Below, piece by piece: positions 10,237-19,065 of a stretch of 33,766 nucleotides of DNA. The position numbers and the translations under genes are program-made. This DNA is from an uncultured Oligoflexus sp. Lineage in GTDB: Bacteria; Bdellovibrionota_B; Oligoflexia; Oligoflexales; Oligoflexaceae. Where the stretch lies: positions 1 to 33,766 of the forward strand of contig CAXSGP010000051.1 in assembly GCA_964236955.1 (NCBI GenBank), given 5' to 3'. Position 1 is the first letter of the stretch. Each line of letters starts with the position of its first letter. The notes under the pieces are model-generated. The model had not been told where the DNA came from and ran no database searches. It was given only the letters and a program-made list of their open reading frames with translations.

Positions 10237-10752
10237 CTATTCATTGTTTAAGGTCTGCTCCAGCGCTACTAAGCCCTGGCCAAACTTTCTTAAAAGAACC
10301 TTCAATGTTTCCTGTTCCATGGGGCTGAGCAAGCCCATCGCACGGCCAATCCGATCGTAGTGTGCAGGAAGGACCTTGTCTAACTTCTCCTTACCGGCCT
10401 CTGTAATCCGGATCAGCAGGCCCCGTCTGTCGTTGGGATCGGGATGGCGCTCAACCAAACGATCGTTCTCCAAGGTATCCAGCAAACCCGTAACCGTCGC
10501 TCGCGTGACGGACAGGTGTTCGGCCAAAGTTGCCGGCGACATACCACCCTCAGAATCACTATAAAAAAGGTTTACCATCACCTTAAAGCGTGCCTGGGAG
10601 ATACCTAAGCGCTGAAAATAATTGTCCATTCCACAATCCATAGCCCTATTGACCGAAACCATTTCGAGAAATGTCTCGATGGCATCGATATTCATGCCGG
10701 GATAACGGCTGGCGATGAAGTCTAAATAGTCTCTGGATGGGAACCTTGCCAT
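10237..10752 (-). CDS. MarR-family regulator, first gene of the efflux operon
   Basis: wHTH LAEHLSVTRATVTGLLDTLE, wing motif PDPNDRR and LIRITEAGK; AGGAGG RBS. Confidence 0.92.
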   Translation of the reverse strand: MARFPSRDYLDFIASRYPGMNIDAIETFLEMVSVNRAMDCGMDNYFQRLGISQARFKVMVNLFYSDSEGGMSPATLAEHLSVTRATVTGLLDTLENDRLVERHPDPNDRRGLLIRITEAGKEKLDKVLPAHYDRIGRAMGLLSPMEQETLKVLLRKFGQGLVALEQTLNNE

Positions 10753-10777
10753 ATCTCCTCCTTGCCTTCTTTTAAGC

Positions 10778-10804
10778 TTATCGGAATAATAAGGAAATAC
10801 ATTA
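10778..10804 (-). promoter_or_regulatory. Sigma28-like promoter of the marR-emrAB-tolC operon
   Basis: Minus strand TAAT-N15-TCCGATAA, about 25 bp before the marR ATG. Confidence 0.45.
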
Positions 10805-10845
10805 TCAGGAATTATATTATAAGGAATTTAATAATAAGGATACTA
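10786..10845. repeat. Four tandem 15-bp direct repeats, a probable MarR operator array
   Basis: ATAATAAGGAAATAC / ATTATCAGGAATTAT / ATTATAAGGAATTTA / ATAATAAGGATACTA, immediately upstream of marR. Confidence 0.8.
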
Positions 10846-10920
10846 ACAAATTCTAAATATTTTGGCATAGTTTATGGCGTTGGAATTTTTGTAAAGGATA
10901 GCAGGACTCTAGCAAACATC

Positions 10921-10955
10921 AAAGGCCGGCCACATGTCTGTGACCGGCCTCTTTT
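10921..10955. terminator. Hairpin terminator downstream of the small membrane protein gene, possibly bidirectional
   Basis: AAAGGCCGGCCACA-TGTC-TGTGACCGGCCTCTTTT. Confidence 0.65.
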
Positions 10956-10972
10956 ATAGATTATATCAAGTA

Positions 10973-11251
10973 TCAGTGGGAGTGAGGATGAGCGGAAGTT
11001 TCATGTCCTTGAGATTGGCCGGCAGGAGCATGGGGTCCTCCAGGAGCATCATGGGGAACTCCGCTTTCTTCACTTGGCTCATCCAGAGGAGTGCCACAGA
11101 AGACATATTCATGCGTTGTACAGGCGGGACGTAGCATTACGTTCATTGTATATACGCCGACCATGGAAGCGACAATTACGACAAGCATGATGGGAATGAG
11201 CTTGTCGTCCCAGCGAGAGACGTATTCTTCAGCATCAAATTTTTTTGACAT
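10973..11251 (-). CDS. Small single-pass membrane protein with a CX7C pair and His-rich tail (92 aa)
   Basis: ATG at 11251 with GAGGAAG RBS, TM segment LIPIMLVVIVASMVGVY, tail GHETSAHPHSH, followed by a terminator. Confidence 0.65.
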   Translation of the reverse strand: MSKKFDAEEYVSRWDDKLIPIMLVVIVASMVGVYTMNVMLRPACTTHEYVFCGTPLDEPSEESGVPHDAPGGPHAPAGQSQGHETSAHPHSH

Positions 11252-11711
11252 GTCTTCCTCTAAGCAATCTAAACCAGCAACTGTTGTATCGAAAAAGTGC
11301 CGAAGCGCCAAGACACTTCGTTCGCTTATTCGCCGCCTGACAGAGGAGTATAACGTGAATGGTCAAGACTCGCTAATTCTTCAGGCGCCTCGCGCCAAGA
11401 TTTAATCGCTCTCGTCAAAATTACCTGGGTAAGCGGGAGGCTTTGAAGCGGCCAAACGCTTCAGAAAGGGGAGCGACGCCGATTCTTCCCCCGGCATGAT
11501 CAGTCCCGGGCAACGGGTCGGCGCTGCCGCCCCAGCTTCTGATCAAGGCAGGGTCACGGACTTTATCAAGAACCATCGTTTTCAATCGCAAGCATTCCTG
11601 CCTGAAAAGCCTGATTGGCAAAATTCAGCCAGTCACCGCAGCCCATTGTTTTGATGATGGCAAATGCCGCGAAGCAATTGAAATCGGCTTTAAGCCAGGG
11701 CGAGAGATCAC

Positions 11712-11747
11712 AAAAAAACCCCGCTCAATGGCGTCCATTGAACGGGG
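11712..11747 (-). terminator. Strong Rho-independent terminator about 250 bp downstream of the panE-like stop
   Basis: Minus strand CCCCGTTCAATGG-ACG-CCATTGAGCGGGG followed by TTTTTTT (13-bp stem). Confidence 0.85.
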
Positions 11748-11994
11748 ATCTTAAAAAAGCTATTTGACACCTGAACACTGAGCATACAAAACTCGGGTAG
11801 TAACTGAAAAGAGAAATATACTGCCTATCATTTTTCTGAACAGAAACCGATTTTCGCCAGCTTCCCCAGCCCATTTTTAGTCGAAAAATACAGTCTATTC
11901 CCTCAAAAAAGGCATGCGAGCCTAAATTACTATGTCCAGTCAGTGGGAGCCTTAGGTTCCATTAAACTTATTTCAAATAATTTTGACAGGTCAT

Positions 11995-12876
11995 TTATGA
12001 AGGATCTTCTATGATACGTTGATGGAGATTGTAAAGGAGAGGGAATCTTGCACTGGGATTCTCGAAACGGAGAATATGACCCGACAGAAAATCGGCTTCG
12101 GTTCGCCGTCTCAATCTTACGTCGACAGCCATGGAATTTTCGTTGTCAGCGGTTTTGGCAATGAGTGTCAAGAGCTTTTGCTTCAATTCTCCCGACTGCC
12201 CTTGCCACTCTGGCCAATATTTAAGGCCTAATTCATAAACTTCATGGCACAGACCATCAAATTCCATTTGTTCTTTCACATCGCTATTGCGGCTCAATCC
12301 ATAGGCGCCACACAAGGTATTCAAGACCGTGTTGCAAAACCATTTCTCTTTGCGTATGCGACATACATTGGGATCCCAGACAAAGCCTTTGCTTGCGAGA
12401 GCCTTAAACATATTGCCTTCAAAAGGCGTAGCGGGGCCCGTGCTGCCCCAGACGATTTCTCCCTCCGAGCTGAGGGCCAGCGTGCCATCAATCAAGGTCC
12501 TTGCGCCTCGACTGACGACACCTTTGCGAAGCTGATGATGAGGGAACTGCTTTCGGATTCCAACGAGTGCAGGCTCGATAAAGCCATTGCAGAGCAGCAC
12601 GACCGGGGTTCCGGATGCGATGACGGGGAGCCATTGTTCTAGGGCACTGACCGTATCATAGGCCTTGGTTGCAATCAACCAAAGGTCCGGTCGCTCCCCG
12701 CTGCGATCGGTTCTAAAGACCTCGGATTGATCTCTAAAGCTTACCCGCCCCGACAACACCTCAACCCCTCTTCGGCCATAGCAAATAACCGAGGGAACGC
12801 CTGTGGTCCGGAGAAAATAGGCTAGCATCTTACCCACTGCCCCTACCCCGACGATTGCGACCGAGCCTTTGTTCAC
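11995..12876 (-). CDS. panE: Ketopantoate reductase (PanE/ApbA family)
   Basis: VAIVGVGAVG Rossmann motif, ATKAYD, LLCNG, KWFCNTVLN and NSMAVD...TEADFLSG motifs; GTG start at 12876 after AGGAGG. Confidence 0.8.
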   Translation of the reverse strand: MNKGSVAIVGVGAVGKMLAYFLRTTGVPSVICYGRRGVEVLSGRVSFRDQSEVFRTDRSGERPDLWLIATKAYDTVSALEQWLPVIASGTPVVLLCNGFIEPALVGIRKQFPHHQLRKGVVSRGARTLIDGTLALSSEGEIVWGSTGPATPFEGNMFKALASKGFVWDPNVCRIRKEKWFCNTVLNTLCGAYGLSRNSDVKEQMEFDGLCHEVYELGLKYWPEWQGQSGELKQKLLTLIAKTADNENSMAVDVRLRRRTEADFLSGHILRFENPSARFPLLYNLHQRIIEDPS

Positions 12877-13019
12877 GTAAAACCTCCTACTGCGCAAAGA
12901 CTTCAAGACTCTACTCTTTGTACCAGCTCCTCGCCTATGGAAATTGCGCGGGCGGCGAACCCAAGGGAAAGCTCCCCCTCGATTGTCATCGAGGAGCTGT
13001 CCTGGCGTCTATCAACTGT

Positions 13020-14348
13020 TTATTTCAAAGCGGTCAGCAGGTCGAGAAACCTGGTCTTTTCTGCCGGTGAAAGACTAGTGTTTTGAGGCATGTTGCCACT
13101 TTCAATACGAGCCTTTGCATCGGCCTTTTGAGTAGTCCAAAACAGATTTTTCTTGGCATCGTTATGACACGCTATGCAATAGCTATCGGCAAGAATTTTG
13201 AGTTCGCCCGTCGTGTCGGAATTGTCCTCGATTGGATCTTTGGTCGTTCCTATTTCACCCCGTTCGATTTGATCCTGCCTTTCAATCCAGGCCAGGATCA
13301 CATTTTTTTCGCCCTGTGACATTTCTTTGCCTAAGGTCGTTTCCCCTGGAGGCATGGCCCCTTTCGTTCCGGCAGTGGCCTTAAGCCGCGTGACTATATT
13401 GCCTTTAAGGCTTTTCCAGGTAGATTCCTTTTCAAAGCCGTCATCAATGTGACAGGACACACAAAAAATTGTCGACAGTCTCCGTATATCCTCCCAGGTC
13501 GGATCGGTGGCGGCCACCGCTGCCGCGACCTGGGCATAGACTGCACCGCTTTCCATTTGTGCGAGGATGCTTTCCACCGCCAGTGGATTATTGCTTTCGC
13601 GCAAGCGAATAGCTACGCGGACGACGGTTTCCCCGGCGGGAAACTCTATGGTTTGCGCCAGTGGAGTCCACCCCATCTTAACATTGTAGGTAAAGAGAGT
13701 CGTTCCATTGAAGGCCCAGAATAGACAGTGTTGATTGCAGGGATATACCAGCTTCACCCCTGCGGGAGCGTTGGTCAAAGAATAAAGCTTGGCACCACCG
13801 TCAGCGGAGGCAATGACATTGATAACATTCCCATCCAAAAAAGCCACGAAGCCCGGGTTCGATGCCAGGGGTGCGGCGGCGAGATAAGCTTCCGAAGGCT
13901 TCAGGCGAACAATGGGACCCTCACCTGTCTTAAGACTCAGGACGTCGGGTGAGGCACCAAAAAAACCGCTTTCACGAAAATCAAAGAGTGTCTGAAATTC
14001 ACCGATGCCTGGATTGCTGTGAACAGATGTCCAAGTTGATTTTTTAAAATCAAAAGCGACGCTTCGGCCGTCGCCATGGGCAAACAAAACCTCAGAGGAC
14101 GAGGTCCACACGATCTCTGCGACCTTGGTAAAATCGAAATTTTTCTGACTGGTTTCGTCGGGAGTGATGGTGGCAAGTTTCAGCGTTTCGGCAGCCTGGA
14201 ACTTATCAGGCACGGTCCCCGGAGGCAGCGTCGCAACGGCTTCGGATCCAGCGCCTTTGCCTTCATTTTTCTCGGGTGAGCTCGAACAGGCAGCCAAAGA
14301 AAGAACCAGTCCGGCAGCACCTAGAATCTCTAGTCCTGGAATAGCCAT
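13020..14348 (-). CDS. Lipoprotein with two C-terminal c-type heme domains
   Basis: Lipobox LAAC. CVSCH (13449-13463) is followed by GAMPP and CIACH (13164-13178) by GNMPQ. The N-terminal region is beta-rich. GAGGAG RBS. Confidence 0.8.
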   Translation of the reverse strand: MAIPGLEILGAAGLVLSLAACSSSPEKNEGKGAGSEAVATLPPGTVPDKFQAAETLKLATITPDETSQKNFDFTKVAEIVWTSSSEVLFAHGDGRSVAFDFKKSTWTSVHSNPGIGEFQTLFDFRESGFFGASPDVLSLKTGEGPIVRLKPSEAYLAAAPLASNPGFVAFLDGNVINVIASADGGAKLYSLTNAPAGVKLVYPCNQHCLFWAFNGTTLFTYNVKMGWTPLAQTIEFPAGETVVRVAIRLRESNNPLAVESILAQMESGAVYAQVAAAVAATDPTWEDIRRLSTIFCVSCHIDDGFEKESTWKSLKGNIVTRLKATAGTKGAMPPGETTLGKEMSQGEKNVILAWIERQDQIERGEIGTTKDPIEDNSDTTGELKILADSYCIACHNDAKKNLFWTTQKADAKARIESGNMPQNTSLSPAEKTRFLDLLTALK

Positions 14349-14378
14349 GAGTGCTCCTCAAAATGGGCTCCAAGGCTT

Positions 14379-14406
14379 CTATCGGAAGGGCTTAGACGAG
14401 TTCTTA
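14379..14406 (-). promoter_or_regulatory. Sigma28-like promoter upstream of the diheme lipoprotein
   Basis: Minus strand TAAG-N16-TCCGATAG, 30 bp before the ATG. Confidence 0.4.
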
Positions 14407-14509
14407 AATGCGCAATTCAACTGTTTGATAATATTAGCTAAATTAGAGTTTAACGCAGCTTTGCCGAAGGCCTTTTCGAAATTTTTCCAAGGCTTACTCA
14501 AGGTCACGA

Positions 14510-14737
14510 TCAGGCCCGATGTTTCGCCGGCTTCGCCTCGTGATGAAGACGCACCAGATTCTGCACCTCGGCATAAGTGATGCGGCCCTGGATATTGACA
14601 TAAGCGTTGAGACGTTGCCCGCATAATGGGCAGCCGTATTGCTTTTCGTTGACTCTTTCTAGTGTAATGAAGGAACGGCACTTAGAACAGACACGTTGCC
14701 TGGCAAGGATCTTATCTCCTGAATAACTGTCTGACAT
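14510..14737 (-). CDS. Small zinc-ribbon protein (75 aa)
   Basis: CSKC-X15-CPLC; fills an otherwise empty gap; near-consensus sigma28 promoter upstream. Confidence 0.7.
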   Translation of the reverse strand: MSDSYSGDKILARQRVCSKCRSFITLERVNEKQYGCPLCGQRLNAYVNIQGRITYAEVQNLVRLHHEAKPAKHRA

Positions 14738-14814
14738 AAGGCTACCCGTCCGTCGACTGAAGTGGAATGAGGCTAGGCCCGAGTGCGTCGATACTCAGCC
14801 GCCCTACCCTTGCA

Positions 14815-14841
14815 CTATCGGCCCTGCAGAAGAGAACTTAA
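14815..14841 (-). promoter_or_regulatory. Sigma28 (FliA)-type promoter of the zinc-ribbon gene
   Basis: TTAAGTTC-N11-GCCGATAG versus consensus TAAAGTTT-N11-GCCGATAA. Confidence 0.65.
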
Positions 14842-14935
14842 GGCTGTAATCCCAAAATTGGCGGGAATAATTAAGCCTTTCAAACAATTGACACAAAGCC
14901 TTTTTGCGTGCTCCCCTATTAAAAGGGACAGGAAC

Positions 14936-14962
14936 TCAGGTCCACCGATTTTCTTCCGAAAC
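14936..14962 (+). promoter_or_regulatory. Weak sigma28-like promoter upstream of the TPR protein gene
   Basis: TCAGGTCC-N11-TCCGAAAC, 25 bp before the ATG at 14988. Confidence 0.3.
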
Positions 14963-14987
14963 CTTTCAAAGGACAAGGAGTAGCTGG

Positions 14988-15953
14988 ATGACCAAGCGTT
15001 GGTTGATGAGCCTATTACTGGGCTGTCTTTTATTAAGTTTGCAGGCCAAGGCCCAAACTTTTGAAGACGGCTATCAGTCTTATGTGCGAAATCAATTTCC
15101 GGTAGCGGAACTTCAGTTTAAAAATGCTTTGCGAAAAGCCAACGCGGATGAAGACAAGGCTGTCCTTCTCAAATTCATCGGTATCTGTCAGTACATGCGG
15201 GGCGATAAGAAAAATGCTCAGGCCACCTTTGGCCAGGCCCTCTACGCCGACCGCAGCATAGCTATCGAATCCGAAGACGTGCTTGACCCAAGCGTCATCA
15301 CCTACTTCATGGGTATAAAAGCCAAGCTAGCACCTGAGCTTAAGAAAAAGCAAAAGCAGGCACCCCCTACAGTCGCCAAATCCACGGTCCCCGTGCCGGT
15401 CAATAAACCTAAGCCCAAACCCTTAAAAACGCGGCCGACCAAATCCAAAAGCAGCGACAGCATTATGGGCCTCAGCGATGGCAGCCTGACAACCGAGGAG
15501 CGTTCGAAAAAGATCTCCTATATGCAGTTCCTGCCTTTTGGGTTTCCGCAGTTTCATAATGAATCCTATTGGATCGGAGCGGCGTTCGCCGCCGGCCAGA
15601 TCTTCTCGATTTATTCGATCCTTGACGCTGATAAAGCCATTAAAGGCCGGCAAGGCCTCAATGATATCGTCGCCAATAAAGAGGGCTTGAGCGAAGATCA
15701 AAGGCAAGCCTTCTATCTTGAAAATAATAATTTTATCAAAAAAGTCCAATCGCAAAAAACCCTGGCTCTTGCCGCCTTCGGATCCTTATGGGCAGCAAGC
15801 GTAGTCGAATCGATCTGGTTTCATAAGGGCCCCCTTAATAGAAATGCGGATAGGGATGGATCCACAAGTCGCAATCAAAACCTCACGCCGATCATCCAGA
15901 CAGGCCGTTCGGGTAGGACCTTTGGACTGTCGTGGCAGGCAAAAATTCAATAG
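14988..15953 (+). CDS. Exported TPR-like protein with Lys/Pro linker and C-terminal hydrophobic segments
   Basis: ATG at 14988 with AAGGAG RBS, signal peptide ending AKA, TPR-like helices (FIGICQYMRGDKKNAQATFGQAL), FLPFGFPQF segment and two hydrophobic stretches. Confidence 0.7.
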   Translation: MTKRWLMSLLLGCLLLSLQAKAQTFEDGYQSYVRNQFPVAELQFKNALRKANADEDKAVLLKFIGICQYMRGDKKNAQATFGQALYADRSIAIESEDVLDPSVITYFMGIKAKLAPELKKKQKQAPPTVAKSTVPVPVNKPKPKPLKTRPTKSKSSDSIMGLSDGSLTTEERSKKISYMQFLPFGFPQFHNESYWIGAAFAAGQIFSIYSILDADKAIKGRQGLNDIVANKEGLSEDQRQAFYLENNNFIKKVQSQKTLALAAFGSLWAASVVESIWFHKGPLNRNADRDGSTSRNQNLTPIIQTGRSGRTFGLSWQAKIQ

Positions 15954-15988
15954 TTTTCAGGCCCTGCAATCATCCCTCGGCTAAGTTC

Positions 15989-16015
15989 TAAGGTTCCTCC
16001 CGTTAGCACCGATAA
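15989..16015 (+). promoter_or_regulatory. Sigma28 (FliA)-type promoter of the large TPR gene
   Basis: TAAGGTTC-N11-ACCGATAA, 28 bp before the first ATG. Confidence 0.65.
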
Positions 16016-16043
16016 AAAAACTGTAAGAATTTACGTTCTACCA

Positions 16044-18971
16044 ATGATAGAGAAAAGCATGAAGACCAAGGCAAAAATTCTAGGCTTCTTTTTGATCTTG
16101 ACGGGATCTTTGCCCTTCTCAAAGGTCACAGCTCAAAATGCCAAACTCGGGCAAAGCTACGAGCCTATAATCAATCATGAACTGTCCATAAATATCCCTT
16201 ACCTGCTTGGTCTCTCAGGCCTGGAAAAAGATTCGCGTAAACTTGCCACCCAGGAAGAAGCCAATCAACTGTTTGGCGTTTCCCAGCAAGCCGCGAAAAA
16301 TCAAAACGACCAGGATTCCAAACTCGCTTCGAACAACTCGCTCTACAAGGATCAATTGGCTTTGCTCCAATTCTATATGAGCCATACCCAGTTGAAAGAG
16401 AATAAGGACCGCATCAAGACCGTTGCGGAACAGCTTGAAAAATCAGCGGCTTCTTATGCCGAGACCAGCAAAAATCCGGGCCTTTCAGCCCAGGCCCAAT
16501 TCTATTCAAAGCTCGGCAAGTTTATTCGCACCGATGGAACCGACGGAATTTCTGACCTTATTCCGCTTAAAGACAGACTCAAAGACAACAAGGACATGTT
16601 GAATTCGATCGACCTCTTTGTTGGCTATTCCTTAGCCATGTCGGCCGGCACGGCGACACAGGGTTTACAGACCATGAATAAGGTTATCAATGAAGTCTCC
16701 ATCTATGGACGTCTGGCGATCAAACTTTCCGAGGCCCTGTCTGATTATGGCCTTGATTCCGAAGGCGCGCCTCTTTCCGCAGTGAAACCTTCTGCCGAAA
16801 GCAAGCTCATCTATTGCGTTCAATTAGCCCGCGGCATGCCGCTCGGTCTTCAGCATCTCATTATGAATAGCGCGGCCTTCATCTGGACCATGGCCAATCA
16901 AACCCCGAATACGCGCGTTCCCACCTTCCTTAGCGATGGCTTTCCGGGGGTGACCCCAGTTGACTTTCTTCGCGAGCGCGATGCCCTGATCGAACTTTCC
17001 GCAAAAAATTATAAGCAGGCTTCGACCCTTTATAAAAAGATTGCCGAAGCCTATCCCAAGGGCGATCAGCTGTCGGCCATCGACAGCCGCATCTGGGAAC
17101 TCGATATCCTTGTCTATCAAAAGACTTTGCTGATCGCTGAGCTCGAAGCCAGCTACTCGGCGCTACGCACCAAGTACGCAAGCCAGGGCAAAAAAGGATT
17201 TTACGCGGCCCTTGCCGATTCCTATCGAAAGATCCTGGACGGCGCTCTCGACCTCGCACTCAATCCCAAAGGCACCAAGCCCCAGCAGGCGATGGCGATC
17301 CAATATACTGTCAAATATCTCAAGTCCGAGCCAGACCGGACGATCGCTTACCCCATCAAAAGCAAGTTAGCCCTCCTTTACCGCACTCTGAAGATGTATA
17401 ACGAAGCTGTCGAAACTTATCTCGACATTGCCAAAGAACAGCCATTGAAAAATTATCTCCTTGCCGTCGAAGCGCAGAATCAGCTCGCCCAATGGCCTGC
17501 CGAGCCGGATTTCAATAGCAAATCCAAGGATAAGGTGCCGGAACGCACGAAACTTCTTTCCATCTATGAAACGATCAATACCATCAAAAAAGGCGACGAC
17601 TGGTTGACGCTCGCCCACATGGGTTTACTCCAGCGCGCAATGGGCCAGGCAAAAAACGCCGAAAGCATCTGGCTCAAAGGTCTTCGAAGCAATCTAGGCA
17701 GCAAATACGCCCTCGAAGTTTGCGGACTTTTACTCAATGAATTCTTCGAAGCAAAACGTTGGGACGATGTCATCGATCTCAGTCACCTCGTCGCCAGTAA
17801 AAAGGTCAATCCTACTGTCAAGGGCGTAGCACTCAACTATAAACCGCTGCTGGCAGATGCTCTGTTTAAGGGCGGTACCGGCGAACTGGGCAAGAATAAT
17901 TTTCAGAAGACCGTCAAATACCTCGAAGAGTTCAACCTCATCTTCCCAAATGAACCACGGGTGGCTTCCGCCGGTCATTCGCTGGCCTTTGCCTACAAAG
18001 GCCTAAATAAGCTGACCATGGCCCTGAACATTTGTAAAACCGTGACCGAAAAATTCCCGAAGTATCCTCTGCGCGCTAAACTTATACTGACCGCTGGCGA
18101 CTGGGCTGCGGCAGACCGCAACACTTGGGAATACGGCTTTTACTTTTACACGAAATATCTGACCGACTACAAAAACGAAGCCAATGTTCCGACGATACGG
18201 GTCACTCTTGCCGAACTCTATTTTAAACGCAAACTCTATGGCTGGGCCTCGCGCGTCTACCGTGAGCAAAGCCTTTCTCCTAAAGTCCCAAAAGACCTGC
18301 AGCTTAAGGCCGCTGTAAAAGTGATGGAGATCGAGGATCAGTTTGGCGAAGCCAAGGAAGCCAACCAGTCGGCACAACGGGTCATCGAGCTGACCGGGCC
18401 CACCGATCCAGCCCGCTATCATGCCTTTGCCTTTATGGGTCGATTTACCGCCAATAGCAAGGACCTAAAGGCCATGAACGACCTGGAGCCTAAGCTTCTT
18501 GCCAACGTCAAAAACTCTAAAGAAATACTCGAATCGATTGGCGCCATACGCTATCGCCGAGCTGAAATTCTGTTCAAGTCAATCGCTAACAACGAGAACA
18601 ATCTGCAGCTGCGCGATCCGGAAGGAACTGTAAAAAAATATTTCAGTCGTTTTGAAGATGAGCGGAAAAATTACCTCAACGTTTGCCAAGTTGGTATCAC
18701 TACCTACTGCGCCCCGGCTATGCTCAAGCTGACAAGCATTGCGAAGCAGGCTCAGGAAGCCATCGACAAGATTCAAATTGCTGACACCCTTGGCCCGAGC
18801 CGTGTTAACAGCTTCAAGGTCTTCAAACAGCTCCAGGTATCCAAGATTCAGCAGTCCAAGAAAGATTATGGCGATCAGGCCATGCGCTTGGCTAAGCAGG
18901 GCACGACGACTCCGAGCTGGAAGGAAGAAGTTATGAAATCGCTCGAATATGAAGAGGTTCCGGCCCACTGA
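16044..18971 (+). CDS. Large exported all-helical TPR-repeat protein (975 aa; the start may be the second Met at 16059)
   Basis: Signal peptide and repeated TPR-like units (YLEEFNLIFPNEPR, TVTEKFPKYP, YTKYLTDYKNEAN). Confidence 0.75.
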   Translation: MIEKSMKTKAKILGFFLILTGSLPFSKVTAQNAKLGQSYEPIINHELSINIPYLLGLSGLEKDSRKLATQEEANQLFGVSQQAAKNQNDQDSKLASNNSLYKDQLALLQFYMSHTQLKENKDRIKTVAEQLEKSAASYAETSKNPGLSAQAQFYSKLGKFIRTDGTDGISDLIPLKDRLKDNKDMLNSIDLFVGYSLAMSAGTATQGLQTMNKVINEVSIYGRLAIKLSEALSDYGLDSEGAPLSAVKPSAESKLIYCVQLARGMPLGLQHLIMNSAAFIWTMANQTPNTRVPTFLSDGFPGVTPVDFLRERDALIELSAKNYKQASTLYKKIAEAYPKGDQLSAIDSRIWELDILVYQKTLLIAELEASYSALRTKYASQGKKGFYAALADSYRKILDGALDLALNPKGTKPQQAMAIQYTVKYLKSEPDRTIAYPIKSKLALLYRTLKMYNEAVETYLDIAKEQPLKNYLLAVEAQNQLAQWPAEPDFNSKSKDKVPERTKLLSIYETINTIKKGDDWLTLAHMGLLQRAMGQAKNAESIWLKGLRSNLGSKYALEVCGLLLNEFFEAKRWDDVIDLSHLVASKKVNPTVKGVALNYKPLLADALFKGGTGELGKNNFQKTVKYLEEFNLIFPNEPRVASAGHSLAFAYKGLNKLTMALNICKTVTEKFPKYPLRAKLILTAGDWAAADRNTWEYGFYFYTKYLTDYKNEANVPTIRVTLAELYFKRKLYGWASRVYREQSLSPKVPKDLQLKAAVKVMEIEDQFGEAKEANQSAQRVIELTGPTDPARYHAFAFMGRFTANSKDLKAMNDLEPKLLANVKNSKEILESIGAIRYRRAEILFKSIANNENNLQLRDPEGTVKKYFSRFEDERKNYLNVCQVGITTYCAPAMLKLTSIAKQAQEAIDKIQIADTLGPSRVNSFKVFKQLQVSKIQQSKKDYGDQAMRLAKQGTTTPSWKEEVMKSLEYEEVPAH

Positions 18972-19065
18972 AGCGCGGCTATGGGCCTACATACCGTTAT
19001 TGTAAGCCTGTCGCCACTACCAGTATGATGAAAGAGAACATTCATCAGAGCAAGGACTTGCCGCC

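Noticed and set aside
10786..10845. CRISPR array or real 65-aa ORF (10762-10959)
   Set aside because: The units are 15 bp with no spacers and no cas genes are present. The IIR-repeat peptide is simply the translation of the DNA repeat, antisense to the promoter.
10861..10878. Sigma54 promoter TTGGCATAGTTTATGGC
   Set aside because: The GG-to-GC spacing is 11 rather than 10, and no plus-strand gene lies downstream.
11421..11660. Short ORFs on either strand (66 aa minus, about 52 aa plus) and possible riboswitch hairpins
   Set aside because: No RBS or protein motif is present, and I see no match to a riboswitch consensus such as c-di-GMP-I.
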